64,000 bases of DNA, taken from an uncultured Nitrososphaerota archaeon. Its GTDB lineage: Archaea > Thermoproteota > Nitrososphaeria > Nitrososphaerales > Gagatemarchaeaceae. Of the stretch, positions 39,553 through 50,818 are shown one piece after another. The notes under the pieces are model-generated. The model was not told the DNA's origin and ran no database searches. It saw only the letters and a list, made by a program, of their open reading frames with translations. The stretch's first letter is position 1. Every line of letters begins with the position of its first letter. The position numbers and the translations under genes are program-made. The stretch covers positions 2,112,001-2,176,000 of the forward strand of contig OY969807.1 in assembly GCA_963703285.1 (NCBI GenBank), read 5' to 3'.

Positions 39553-39603
39553 ACCTTCCGAACACTGCGAAGCCCGTTATAAAGGGCCTGCATCCGTCAT
39601 TGC

Positions 39604-39981
39604 ATGGACGTCGAGAACGGTCTGCTCGTCCACCCGCGAAGCGTCAGCACTAAACCAGGGGACGCAGCCCGTTTCATCTGCCAATTCGAGAAACTCAAGC
39701 AGCGCTTTCCCATCGCGTCAAGTCTGGCCGCTGAGTGGGTTCCTGACGAAACCCGAGGGGTAGCGGGCGAGGTAAAAGGTGGGACCATCTATGTCTATGA
39801 TGAGGACGTATCCTCAGCGATTCGGACACTTGCGCATGAGGTCCTGGACTACGTCGTTTCTCAAGCGATCGAGCCCTACAAGCAGGTAATCAACGCCCTG
39901 GTTCGGTTGTTGAACGACCGGGCCTACTCGAGCAAGGAACGCGTGGTCGAGAGCATAGTCGCAGCGCTGGACTTGGAGTGA
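39604..39981 (+). CDS. Small zincin-like protein (HExxD variant)
   Basis: G.IYVY...RTLAHEVLD. Confidence 0.6.
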   Translation: MDVENGLLVHPRSVSTKPGDAARFICQFEKLKQRFPIASSLAAEWVPDETRGVAGEVKGGTIYVYDEDVSSAIRTLAHEVLDYVVSQAIEPYKQVINALVRLLNDRAYSSKERVVESIVAALDLE

Positions 39982-40078
39982 GCGAGGCGGGAGCCAAATG
40001 CTATCGAGTTGCTTTCGCAAGTTACCTAACCCGCATGCGATGCTGACAGCCAAGCAACTTTAGACCGATGATCAATCG

Positions 40079-40867
40079 ATGGGCTCCGGAAAAGAAAAGA
40101 AAGAAGGGCCGGGATCCCCGGACGTGGTGAGGCTCCTCGGGAAGCTGAGGGATGAGCCGCTGTATACGGGCCTCCCCTCACCCGAGGTGCAGGAGCTGGC
40201 CGAGCAGGTAGTCGTCCTCAGATGGGAGGGGAAGGGCTACATGGGCATCGCCATCGAGCTCGGCTACCCCCCGCGCTCGCAGGAGTTCGACCAGGCTTGG
40301 CGCGCGACGTCCTTCGTCGAGGCCGACATGAGGGCAGCTGGGAGGGAGGCCCCTTACAGGCCGGACCCCGAGCGGCAGAGGAGGTACAGGGAGAGGGTGG
40401 CCGCCGAGGCACGGATGCACAGGAGTTGGGACCGCGATCTCATCGTCGTCAAGATGTGGAAGAAGGAGGGCCGCTGCGAGCTCTGCGGCCGCCCGAGGGA
40501 CCACGAGCACCCCCCGCCGCCGCCTCCCTGGTGGACGACCCTGGTGAGGAAGCCTGACACCTGTCCCGTGTGCGGGAAGGAGCTGACGAAGGGCGGCGCG
40601 CTCGGAGGAGGCACCGGCCGGCTCTACTGCCCGGAGCACACGCCGCACATGCTCGACGACCGCTGGAAGAAGGTGGAGCAGGAGCTGGAGCAGCTCGAGA
40701 AGGAGATAGATGAGGCGGGGAGGAGATTCCACGAGGGAAAGGAGAAGGAGAAGGCAGCAGCAGGCGGGGAGAAGGAGGAGGAAGAAGAAGAGAACGAAGA
40801 GGAAGACGAAGAGGAGGAGCTACAGAGGGAGGGCGAGGCCGTGGACTACCGGAGAGGAAGGCGATGA
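40079..40867 (+). CDS. Orphan protein with HTH, Zn ligands and acidic tail
   Basis: LRWEGKGYMGIAIELG, CELCG, CPVCG..YCPEH, poly-E tail. Confidence 0.65.
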   Translation: MGSGKEKKEGPGSPDVVRLLGKLRDEPLYTGLPSPEVQELAEQVVVLRWEGKGYMGIAIELGYPPRSQEFDQAWRATSFVEADMRAAGREAPYRPDPERQRRYRERVAAEARMHRSWDRDLIVVKMWKKEGRCELCGRPRDHEHPPPPPPWWTTLVRKPDTCPVCGKELTKGGALGGGTGRLYCPEHTPHMLDDRWKKVEQELEQLEKEIDEAGRRFHEGKEKEKAAAGGEKEEEEEENEEEDEEEELQREGEAVDYRRGRR

Positions 40868-41925
40868 TGGTAATAGCAGCAGCCCCAATGCCGTCGTCTT
40901 CATCGCTGTCGGCCAGCGAGGAGGAGGAGCAACGACAGCTGCGGTGGCGCGCGTACGCCCTTCTGATGGCGCCGCGGTGGATGAAAGGGCAGGTACAGGT
41001 GCAGCTTTCAGGGCCCGAGCTCGCCGCGGCCATCCGGGCCGCGGCCCTGTACCATGGTGCCGGGCACGCCGAGAGCGGGGAAGGGAAGGAGCTCCTGGCC
41101 CGGCTCCTGAGGTCTCGCCTCCGGCTGGTGCGGGCGGAGCTGGCGGCCAGGGAAGGGAGAAGAAGGCCACCGCGCACGCGCCTCTACTTCTCCCCCGAGG
41201 AGATAGGGATCGTGAAGGAGGGGCTGGACGCGATGCCCGCCGGCGACAGGGCCGGCCTCACGGGCCGCTTTACCGTCCTGGCCAGGGCGGGCGTGAAGGA
41301 CACCGCGCTGGAGAGAAGGAGGATCCGCTCTGAGATCGTGAGCGCCATGAACGTGGCCGGGCTTGCGGGAAGAGGAGCGGGGAGGAGGGGACGCGGCCCG
41401 GGCCTGCGGGCCTCCAATAAGGGAGGTACGGCGCCGCCCGCCGCCAGGCGCGCCCCGATGAGAATGAGGTTCCGGGAGTGGACGGTCCGCTCGGCCATCT
41501 TCGCGGTCGCGGCGTACATGCGGTACGACGACGCCAGCAGCAGCGGCGGCGCTCGTTTGTGGGCGTACAGGTTCCTCGGGAGGCTGGTGGCGCTGCAGAG
41601 GGAGGTCATCGCCGCCCAGGTCAGGCGGGGCAGGCGCCCGCCGGCCTACTGGACGCCAAGCAGGGGATCGAAGATCGAGCCCGCAAAGCTGGCCTACATC
41701 ACACCCTCGTTCAGCATCCGCGAGATATCGGCGATGCGGAAGGGGCTGGAGCTGATGAGGGCGGAGGCGGAGAGAAGGAGTGAGGAGGAGCAGGCGGCCG
41801 GAAGGCCGGGAAGATGGCGGACCCTGGACCCCACCGAGGCGGTGCTGCTGAGGAGGACAACGGCCCTCTACGGCGCGTACTACGGCGACGCGTGGGCCCG
41901 CAGGCAGGTGTGGGACTGGCGGCGC

Positions 41926-41928
<3 letters not shown>
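40864..41928 (+). CDS. Arg-rich orphan protein
   Basis: ATGA overlap with the previous gene; 354 aa open frame. Confidence 0.6.
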
Positions 41929-42370
<442 letters not shown>

Positions 42371-42971
42371 CGTCTCTCCTCTCGCTGGCCTGGCCAAGAT
42401 TCCAGTCCTGGAAAAATCGATGAAATTCCTCCAGCAGCTCCACGGAAACAGGCTTGCAAATATTTGATATAATTCGTCGATTACTTGAATTCATGCGTCC
42501 GCTAAATGGGTAGCCAATTGCCGCACACCCAGGCGGTATATATTCGACCAGCGACGAATAAACGCTCTCTCGGCCTGAAAACTCGGCTCACCATTGACGA
42601 TGTGCAGCGGCCATGTAGAATTAATTCCAGTTGATACTACACGCCTCCACGCTCGTTTCCCGAAGGGATCTTTCCATGGTGCCCAAAGTCAGCTCCGATT
42701 GATCAATATTCTCCGGCGACTCCTCTCCTCTCTCTCGGTGCTCCCCCAATAACGGGAAGAAGGTGCGGCCAAGAGAAGGGGGCCTTGGGGAGCCTAAGAG
42801 AGAGCAAGGGGAGAGAAAAGAGGGGGAGTGCAGAGGGGAAAGAAAGGAAGCAGGGGCGGCGCTGATGTGGACCAAAAACCAGGCTACTGCGATGTGGATT
42901 AGACTTCGCCCCGTCCGGCGTTAAAGGTCCGAACATGCTCAACGGGGGATGATCGACCCGCTGCGCACCCG

Positions 42972-43160
42972 ATGGAAAGCACGCAAACGGGTCAGATCGT
43001 TGGTGTTGAACCAGGTGAAGCTGAGTGGCTCCTGGACACGTTGGAAGGGTGTACTCGGCGAGTTCGATGCTTGCAGCGTTTGCGAGCGCGGGTCAGTAGC
43101 AGCAACGAGGACCAAAAATCGCTGCTCGACGAAGCAAAGATGATACGGAGCGCCCCTTAA
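42972..43160 (+). CDS. Small hypothetical protein
   Basis: 62-aa ORF with plausible composition. Confidence 0.4.
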   Translation: MESTQTGQIVGVEPGEAEWLLDTLEGCTRRVRCLQRLRARVSSSNEDQKSLLDEAKMIRSAP

Positions 43161-43172
43161 GTGCTTAACCCC

Positions 43173-43532
43173 CTAACCTATCTTCGCGGTCAGCAGAAGC
43201 GTTCGAGGCACAGGGTCATTGACCCTGTAGACCTTCTCCTGCTCGTCTATCAACATCGATGCCTTCAAACCCTCAAGAACGTTGTACACGGTAGCGTCGT
43301 TCACCGGTGATCCAACCAGAGGGATGACTGGCGTGAGGAGACTTCTCTCGAATACTAAACGCCGCGACTCGTCAATTGTTTCTTCGTAGAAGGCGAGCTT
43401 AGCTAATATGTGATTCACGTAGGCATTAAGGTGCATATCCCGCTCGGCTGCCTGTTCCTATAGATTGCGATTGGTTATGAAGGGTATCCTGAAGTTGACA
43501 TGAACTGAGTTGGGGCGTCCGTCGGATTCCAT
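43173..43532 (-). pseudogene. RHH-like regulator pseudogene, paralog of 50819-51355
   Basis: SVHVNFR...L*EQAAERDMHLNAYVNHI with in-frame TAG at 43458-43460 and a truncated C-terminus. Confidence 0.8.
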
Positions 43533-43601
43533 TTTCGTTCAATTCAGGCGGGATTCAACGCCCGGCTAAGAGTTTTCACAAGGTAGACCGCCCTCTCCCC
43601 A

Positions 43602-43625
43602 TGCAAAATGTATCACAATGTATCC
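43602..43625. promoter_or_regulatory. Candidate operator, copy 1
   Basis: TGCAAAATGTATCACAATGTATCC, 20/24 identical to 51416-51439. Confidence 0.6.
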
Positions 43626-43661
43626 CCTAACCTTAAGTAATTTGGAGACTACGCAACCTCC

Positions 43662-44618
43662 ATGAAAACTGCGCTGTTATGCACGGCACTTCTGGTGGTC
43701 ATGATGATTGGCTTTGTTCAACCGGCCGTGGCACAAGGCACGGGCGGACAGTCGTCTACGAGTGGGACACACCCCCTCGTACCTGCTGTCCCCATGCCGG
43801 ACGATGAACTGGGTTGCTACATATACACCAATTCCACCGGTTGGCTGTCACAGCCATGCCAGCCAACTGTCCAGACGGTGGGCCCGATATCGGACCAGAC
43901 AGCGAGCCAGACGGGAGGCTACCCCACATTGAATTTTGGGGGGTCTTACGGTGAGCCGGCAGTCTACGCGAATGGTGTTCCAATTATCCAGTCCAACGTG
44001 CTGATACAGTTCAACCTGTTCACGGGCGAAAAGGATACGGGTACATCCGGGAGCAACGACTGGAGCATACAAGACAACACGAACGTCTTCCTTGGGACAA
44101 ACTCACAGATTGATTGGGTGCAGTTCGCAGTGCAGAACCAACATTCCTGGTTGTTTGGTCTTGGCAAGGCACAAGCAGTCATTTCTGAGGAAGACGTGAC
44201 GACCAGCACATACACCACTTACCCCACAGGGATTAGTGTCCAAAGCCTTTCGAGCACAACTTCTGACATAGTGGAGGGATGGGTATCTCAAAGCGGATCA
44301 TCTTATTACCTGGACGAACAGTTCTGTAACAACTCAACCTGTTGGGGCGTGACTGCACCGGACCTCTATGGCCTCTACGTTGGAGGGACTTGGCAGTACA
44401 GTAGTGGCGACATTCTGGGCTTTGGCAGCGGTTCGACGGCGCAATTCACTTCGCCAACGACGGAGCACACGTGGGTCGAGCCGCGGGCGTCTACTACTCT
44501 CAATGGCCAGTCAACATCATACGTCGAGACGGCTGAGATGAACAATCTTAACATGGGCAGCACGTCATTCTCATGTGCAAGTAACGTCTGTGATTACATA
44601 GTGATAGAATATAACTAA
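43662..44618 (+). CDS. Secreted protein, thermopsin/glutamic-peptidase-like
   Basis: Signal peptide; WSIQDNTN, WVQF, TAEMNNL; T/S/N-rich; paired Cys. Confidence 0.6.
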   Translation: MKTALLCTALLVVMMIGFVQPAVAQGTGGQSSTSGTHPLVPAVPMPDDELGCYIYTNSTGWLSQPCQPTVQTVGPISDQTASQTGGYPTLNFGGSYGEPAVYANGVPIIQSNVLIQFNLFTGEKDTGTSGSNDWSIQDNTNVFLGTNSQIDWVQFAVQNQHSWLFGLGKAQAVISEEDVTTSTYTTYPTGISVQSLSSTTSDIVEGWVSQSGSSYYLDEQFCNNSTCWGVTAPDLYGLYVGGTWQYSSGDILGFGSGSTAQFTSPTTEHTWVEPRASTTLNGQSTSYVETAEMNNLNMGSTSFSCASNVCDYIVIEYN

Positions 44619-44648
44619 CGGCTACGTGTCGCAATCCGTGTCAGGGAC

Positions 44649-44972
44649 TTGACGGAGCAGACCATCCTGCAAAGGGATGCGCGACGTTCGTGGTGGAATG
44701 TGCGCGCGCTCTTCTTTCTATTGGGAGCGGCTCTCGTGGTCTTCGGGCTTGCTTTGGTGTACCTTGGCCTGAACAGTCTTACCTACCCCTCAATTGCATG
44801 CATCACCAACGCGCCTTGCCCGCCCAGACTAACCAACGCCTCATCATACTGGGGTGAGATCATCGCTGGACTAGGCATCGTAGCTGCGGGGAGTCTGGTG
44901 TTGATTTCTTCCAAGATTCGAGGTACCGGTTCAATTGCCCCCAAAACACGCGACTATCTCCCGCCCGGCTGA
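44649..44972 (+). CDS. Small two-TM protein with a Cys-bridged loop
   Basis: TM-CITNAPC-TM. Confidence 0.65.
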   Translation: MTEQTILQRDARRSWWNVRALFFLLGAALVVFGLALVYLGLNSLTYPSIACITNAPCPPRLTNASSYWGEIIAGLGIVAAGSLVLISSKIRGTGSIAPKTRDYLPPG

Positions 44973-45295
44973 GGCCAGACCACGCTTCAGAAGATGAAGT
45001 GTTCGGAAGTGTAGGCAAGATTTCCGATTGGAGCTTCTCTTCCACGTGGTGGGGTTTGGGAAACCCTCCGCTGATTGGTTGGTTTGCCATCAGGAAGCGA
45101 TTTCCTGTCGTTTGCGATTCAAGTTCGGCGAAGGCGCGCCATCACTGAGGAGCTTGAGGACGCTCTGGAGAAGGAGCAGAAGAAGGCCTCACGATTTACG
45201 CTGAACCCTGCGGTTCGCCTTTATCCGTATGACCCTCGACCGAGGCGACCATTCCAGTTCGTTCCCTTAGAATTTCAACCAGCAACTTGCCCTCG

Positions 45296-45631
45296 TCATG
45301 CGTCCACGCGCTTCCCCTGTGGGCTCCTGCGCCTTCCCGTGGGTCTTCGGCTGCGCCCCTCGATGTATTGCAGTAAATTGCCGTCGTCCGGAGGAATCAC
45401 TCCCGAGTCCTTGGCCTCGCTGACCAGATGTCAGTACAGGTCCCTATGAGCGGTTTCGAGGTGCGGAAGCAACCGCTGCTCCTCGTACCTCTCTCGACAC
45501 CCCGGACACCGGATGATCCGACCGGCGCCCCGGGAGATTGCCCTGCTATCTTTCGCCCGCTTGATCGCCTGCTCGAGCCTCTTCGTCGCCGGCCCTAACT
45601 CACTCATATCTCGGACGTATCCGTGACCCAT
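45296..45631 (-). pseudogene. C2H2 zinc-finger protein with a premature TGA
   Basis: CPGC..H...H then Y*HLVSEAKDSG... continues in frame to a stop at 45296. Confidence 0.5.
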
Positions 45632-45812
45632 TTAAGGAGGGCGAACGCTCGATATAGACGGTTGCGGGCTGTTCGAGTCTTCAGGAAGACGTTGCTCGGT
45701 AACTCTTCCGAAAGTTAACTGGATCTTTTGTTAAAGAGCTATAACGACTCTGACAAACGGTCTTCACCCGCCCTTCCATATTCGGTCGATGCTGGATTGA
45801 GTATGAAAGGGA

Positions 45813-46885
45813 TTGGGGAAACCGTTATTCGCGAGGAAGCTCTCTGAGGAGGAGAGGAGGAGGCTGCGCTCCGCGAGCCTCTCCAAGGATTTCACGAGGA
45901 GGACGAGGGCATCGGTGGTGCTCGAGTCGTCGAACGGACTGGAGGTGTCGGAGATAGCAAGCAAGCTGCGTCTCAACAGACATACTGTGAGGCTCTGGAT
46001 CAAGAGGTTCAACGACGCGGAGATGGTCGGCCTCGAATCCAAGCCGATACCCGGAAGGCCACCATCCATAACGGAGGCGCAGAAGGACAGCATCGTGAGG
46101 ATTGCCCTAACCAGCCCCAGGGAGCTGGGGATGAACTTCACGACCTGGAGCCTGTCATCGCTGAAGTCGTACCTCGAGCGGAACGGAGTGGTGAGCAGGA
46201 TATCGCTCTCCTGGATCTGGAGCATCCTGGTAAAAAAGGGGCTCGATACTTCAAGAGCAAGCGCTGGAAGGTGAGCAAGGACCCGGACTACGACGTGAAG
46301 GTGAAGAGGATACTCGACCTCTACAACAACCCTCCGGACGACGGTGTGGTCGTCTGCGTCGACGAGAAGGGCACCATGACGGTCAAGGATTACGGCGGCT
46401 CCACGTGGAGGAACGAAGCCCCAAAGATCTCGGACAGGCAGGAGATCAGGGGGAAGGCAGAGCTCACCGCCGCCTACGCCCCCCACCTCGCGAAGGTGTT
46501 CCGCAGGTTCTCGGAGAAGAAGAGGGCGTACCACGTCACCGGTCTGCTGAAGCAGGTGAGGGCGTCGATACCCAGGCCCATGAAGCTCTACGTCATACTC
46601 GACAACCACCACATGCACACGGGCGCGCTCCTGAAAGGATTCGTTGAGAGCGACGGCTACGTGGAGCTCGTCTTCACGCCCAAGAACGCGTCGTGGTGGA
46701 ACGCCATAGAGCAGATCTTCGCCGATCTCCAGAAGAGGGTTCTGAACAACAGCTCGTTCAGCGACGTGGAGGAGATGAAGGGCGCTGTAAAGGGAAGGAT
46801 CCCGGAGCTCAGTACCAGGCTGAAGTCTCTCCTCCAGTCAGGGAAGTACGTCTTCGGCCTCAGAGTGTGGATGAGCTACCGGTGA
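45813..46885 (+). mobile_element. IS630-family transposase in two ORFs joined by a -1 frameshift
   Basis: HTH ORF (TVRLWIKRF..GRP..TTWS) and DDE ORF (VDEK, LDN...H, NAIE); A_AAA_AAG at 46232-46238. Confidence 0.88.
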
Positions 46886-46892
46886 ACCGCGC

Positions 46893-47141
46893 TCATCTTC
46901 GCCCCGTAGGTACGCCAACTATCTGATTGCATTTGGGGCAGGCCATGCCCTCGAGCGTCTTGCCCAGCCATCCTCCACGCATGAGCATCTCAAACGGAAT
47001 GTCAACCTTGCCCCCCGGCTTACGGTACTGCTCCTTGAAGACAGGCTTCAGCGAGTTCAGGTCCATGACCTCACCACAGCTGGGGCACTGAAACCTTTCC
47101 TCGTCGTTGCCCTCTTTCTCGACCTTCTTCCTTCTTACCAC
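46893..47141 (-). CDS. Small zinc-ribbon protein
   Basis: CPSCG and CPKC. Confidence 0.6.
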   Translation of the reverse strand: MVRRKKVEKEGNDEERFQCPSCGEVMDLNSLKPVFKEQYRKPGGKVDIPFEMLMRGGWLGKTLEGMACPKCNQIVGVPTGRR

Positions 47142-47241
47142 GGCCCTCGATTCGTATTGTTCCGTTATAGATTCTTAGTCAAAGGCCTAGTTAACCAGTA
47201 ATTGGAACGACCTAATAGTGCGCCCTATAGATGAATGGCCG

Positions 47242-47740
47242 TTGCCAGGGAAGGCCCTCATCTTGGCGGGAGCGGCAAACTCAGGGAAGACTACCACACT
47301 GAAGGCCCTGATTGACCGTCATTTGCAGAAAGTGAAGCGGAACGTCTACCTGCTAGATGGCAAGTCTGTCTGAGGGTCAGTTCGCCGCAGGAGTAGGCCC
47401 ATTACTGCAACTATGAAGGGGCCATGAAGATCATCCGCCGCCTCCTCAAGAAGTGTGCGACAAGCAGTGGGTCGCTCGTCATAATGCCAATCACTCTCCA
47501 GTTCAACCCCGGCATCAACCGCCATTGTATTGAGTCTCCCATAATGGAGCTTCGAAGGCTCGGCTATGATGTCCATCTCGTCTACCTGAGGAAGGTGGAG
47601 ATACCCGGACTCGCTGAGGCCGACTCACTCATGCGGGAACTTGGGGCTCAGGTTGTCAGGAGCGGCACGAGTGAGGGTGGTTTCGAGAGGCAGGCTGAAG
47701 ATCTCTGGAGAGTCATCCAGAGAGAGTTTGTGGCTGTGCC
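47242..47740 (+). pseudogene. P-loop NTPase/kinase pseudogene
   Basis: LAGAANSGKTTT Walker A, frameshift near 47365, TAG at 47394, continues into ORF 47424; end approximate. Confidence 0.65.
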
Positions 47741-48017
47741 TTCTGAGGTACCTGCAGGCAAAGCCTCCAGATATCCGCCAGTAAGGTCGGCGTACAGCGG
47801 TCTTCTTGCTAATCTTGATGTCGTCGGGCTTCACAGCGCCGAAGAACGCCCCGAGCTTGCCGCCCGGCGCGAAGAACTTCGTCCCCTCTCTCTTGACCTT
47901 GTCAGTCCCCACGCCCTCCGGGGTGGCGTTGGCCGTTATCGTCAGAACCTTCTCCTCAATCTCGGTTTGGACCTCGAGCTTGGAGTCCTCGCCCATCAGG
48001 AGTTCGGTGTCGCTCAT
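47625..48017 (-). pseudogene. Truncated hypothetical gene colliding with the NTPase remnant
   Basis: Plausible N-terminal ~95 aa then runs antisense into the neighbour. Confidence 0.4.
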
Positions 48018-48050
48018 GCGTGGGGTCGAAGGGACGGTCGGGATAAACTT

Positions 48051-48401
48051 TTACACGATGAAATAACCTGTGCATAGGGAGAATGATAATGAATTCAAAT
48101 GGATTAGGTGCAACTGGACTGCGTTTGGGGCAGCCACGGCCCCGTTTGAATCGGTAAGTCCTGCTCCGGACATGGTTGTCGCATTTCCTCCATTCACAAC
48201 CGCGCTCACCGCGGCGTTGAGCCGGACTTGTACCTGCCCGGGTGACTGAGAGAACGTGGAGGGCCCATTGACGGAGGCCGACGCCATGGGCGTAACGAAC
48301 ATTCCGAGTATCAATACCAACCAGACCGTTGCGACGTAGCAACTCAGCAAGGCGACGTGGTCGTGATGCTTCCAGTGCATTATCGTTCTCACCACAGTCA
48401 T
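48051..48401 (-). pseudogene. Remnant of a secreted protein gene
   Basis: Signal-peptide-like LVLILGMFVTPMASAS then a short S/T/N-rich stretch. Confidence 0.45.
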
Positions 48402-48690
48402 ACAAGTTGGTTGTGTAAAAGTTTATGCCTGCCTCACCTTTCCGAATGGCCGGGAATCGAATCTCGGGGTTGCGACTTTACGGATTTAGTAACTTCGCCC
48501 TGAATAGTGCGCTAATATTCGTCGCGGCACCCGGCAGATATGAGAATATCGTTACGGGAGAACCTCTACCTGTGGGTTCCTGTTCTGCTTGGGGTGGTCG
48601 CGGTCGTCGCCGCAGTCCATGGGCTCCACCCGCTCCACGTCGGCGCCCTCGACGGAGACCCGATAGGACCCGGCGCGCCGACCTGACAGG

Positions 48691-49788
48691 CTAAGAGTCA
48701 TATCGCATCTTAGCGACTGAGAGGATGGAGGCAAGGGCCGTCTCCGAGTCGAAGACCCACCCTCGCTCATCGGTGAAGCTCTCGTACGGGATGGTATAGT
48801 GCATGCTGGTTGGGAGATCGAGGAGATAGGTCTTCCACGGCGGGAGCGACATCTCCCCCAATCTGGCGTTCAGGAACTCCAGCGAACGGACTAGCTCCTG
48901 GACGGGGATTGCCTGGTCCGCTCTGTAGCTTCCGTCATGGGACCCTGCCTCGTACCAAGCAAAGGGGAAGTTGTTGAACAGCAGCCTGACCTTCCCGAGT
49001 TGTGACCTGTTCAGGTGACTGAATCCGAAGGACACGCCGGCGACTCTCGCCGTGTTCGCTCCACGCGCCGGAATCCAGTGCACCCTGTGGTGAGAGATGA
49101 TCGGCAGGACGTGTTTCCTGTAGTGCCACCTCAGCGTCACCGCGTTCATCTTGAGCTTCTTGGAAATCTGCGCGAGGTTTCTCAGCGAGCCAGCTTCAAG
49201 CTCTTTAATCAGCAGGAGGTCGCTCCGGTCGATTGCGGGTTTCACGCGTGGCTGGTCCACAGTAATCGGGGAAGGAGGAGCCTCGAGATTGGTCCCGACC
49301 TCCTCCCAGTCGATGTTCCAGCGCCCAGAGTCAAAGTCATAGTAGCGACACTTCAGCTCTGGGTTCCTGGCCCATTCCATCCTGTTGAGCTCCACGGCAC
49401 TCAGGACTCCTTTATCAACGAGGCCTCTCATGAATGCCTGGAACTGGTCTTCCACGAGCACTGGGACCGCAAACAACCCGATATGCGCTGGTTCCAGGAG
49501 CATCCCGGAGCGATATGTCAGGAACCCCACATTTGCGAGTCTGTCGAGGATTGAGCTGGCATGCGGCAGGGCGTCGGGGGCGAATCTGATGATCGCAGAG
49601 TACCTCTGCAGGCCCAACTCACCCAGGTTGAAGACGGTCTCGACGCTCAGGTCGAGCTCGGGGAACCTCTTCTTGAGAGTGTACCTTATGGTCTCTTTGG
49701 GCATGCCCGTTGCGCGCGAAAGAGCCGCGACGTTCTTCATCCCGACGCGGTCTATCACCTGAATCAGGTCCGCAATCCTCGCGCTCAA
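48691..49788 (-). CDS. Regulator with two Lrp/AsnC-like HTH modules
   Basis: NVAALSRATGMPKETIRY and DRSDLLLIKEL..NLAQISKKLKMNAVTLRWH. Confidence 0.75.
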   Translation of the reverse strand: MSARIADLIQVIDRVGMKNVAALSRATGMPKETIRYTLKKRFPELDLSVETVFNLGELGLQRYSAIIRFAPDALPHASSILDRLANVGFLTYRSGMLLEPAHIGLFAVPVLVEDQFQAFMRGLVDKGVLSAVELNRMEWARNPELKCRYYDFDSGRWNIDWEEVGTNLEAPPSPITVDQPRVKPAIDRSDLLLIKELEAGSLRNLAQISKKLKMNAVTLRWHYRKHVLPIISHHRVHWIPARGANTARVAGVSFGFSHLNRSQLGKVRLLFNNFPFAWYEAGSHDGSYRADQAIPVQELVRSLEFLNARLGEMSLPPWKTYLLDLPTSMHYTIPYESFTDERGWVFDSETALASILSVAKMRYDS

Positions 49789-49882
49789 CAGGAATGCTAT
49801 TAACGAATACCCTAATAACGGCTCCTATCTTTGTGAAAGCTTTATTACCCAGATGTTATCATTTAGGCCATAGGAATTGTGA

Positions 49883-50248
49883 ATGCTGGCCCAATCGATA
49901 AGCACAGAGGGCGTCGAGTCGATGGTGAGGAGGTATAGGCGGGGCTTGGTTAACTCCCTGCTCGAGTACCTGATACTGGACAACGCCGAAAGGCGAGACG
50001 TTTGCGGCTACGACATCATCGCGACGGTCTGCGTGGACTTCCAGGTATTGCTCAGCCCGGGTCAGGTGTACCCCGTCATCGATGCGATGGAAGCCGGCGG
50101 CCTGATTACGAAGGTGAAGAAGATGAGGAGAGTCTCGCTAAGTTTGACCCCCCTCGGTTACGTCCTGCTCAAGGCGTGGAGAAACGAACTTGGTCTGATG
50201 CAGCTGCGTCTTAACAGCGACCCTCGCCCCATAGAGCATGTCCACTGA
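49883..50248 (+). CDS. PadR-family regulator
   Basis: GYDII...LSPGQVYP.I..ME..GLI...LTPLG. Confidence 0.8.
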   Translation: MLAQSISTEGVESMVRRYRRGLVNSLLEYLILDNAERRDVCGYDIIATVCVDFQVLLSPGQVYPVIDAMEAGGLITKVKKMRRVSLSLTPLGYVLLKAWRNELGLMQLRLNSDPRPIEHVH

Positions 50249-50275
50249 TTCTAGGCAGGTGTCCGATGAAGTAGC

Positions 50276-50605
50276 ATGATCAATTGGATGCAGTTCAGGA
50301 TACGTTCGAAGTTGCTGAGCGCCAATCTGCAGTTGGTCATCCTGTCGGCTCTGCGCTGGCGGCCGATGAGCAATTGGGAGCTGTTGGATGAGATTTACAG
50401 CAGAACCGGCTTGATGCCGGAGGATGCAGAGCTCAAGCGAACCATCCGGCTTCTCGTTGACGGGGGGTTTGTGCAAGTCCCGAGCAAGGATTCACAGTCC
50501 CGGATGACCATCAACGCGCGCGGCATCGAACTGCTCTCAGAGCTGGCGGGGCTTCAGCAAGGGTACTTCGAGTCGACAAAAGCGTGGGATAGAAATCATG
50601 GGTGA
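50276..50605 (+). CDS. PadR-like winged-helix protein
   Basis: ILSAL..RPMS..EL...L..LV..GFV...I..RG. Confidence 0.65.
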   Translation: MINWMQFRIRSKLLSANLQLVILSALRWRPMSNWELLDEIYSRTGLMPEDAELKRTIRLLVDGGFVQVPSKDSQSRMTINARGIELLSELAGLQQGYFESTKAWDRNHG

Positions 50606-50818
50606 TTTCATCAATCAATCACGGATTTAGTCGAGAATGCAGTCTAATCTAAGCCTGAGGAAAGAGTTGAGTGGAAAGGATACGCGTCCTGGTTGTGCGC
50701 TTGACCGGTCTTGCCAAGTGCAGTAACCACGTTGAGAGAAAGAGGAATTCTTGCCACCCGCCCCTTCGTCCGGCTCGGAGATACTCCTGTACAGACGCCA
50801 TCTACATCGATGGTACCC

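Noticed and set aside
45740-47170. CTATAACG / CGTTATAG as IS630 terminal repeats enclosing a passenger gene
   Set aside because: Only 8 bp match and it does not extend inward; too weak to define the ends
43458-47396. Stop-codon recoding (Pyl/Sec) suggested by in-frame TAG and TGA
   Set aside because: Both stop types occur alongside frameshifts and truncations, and TAG/TGA end normal genes throughout the window
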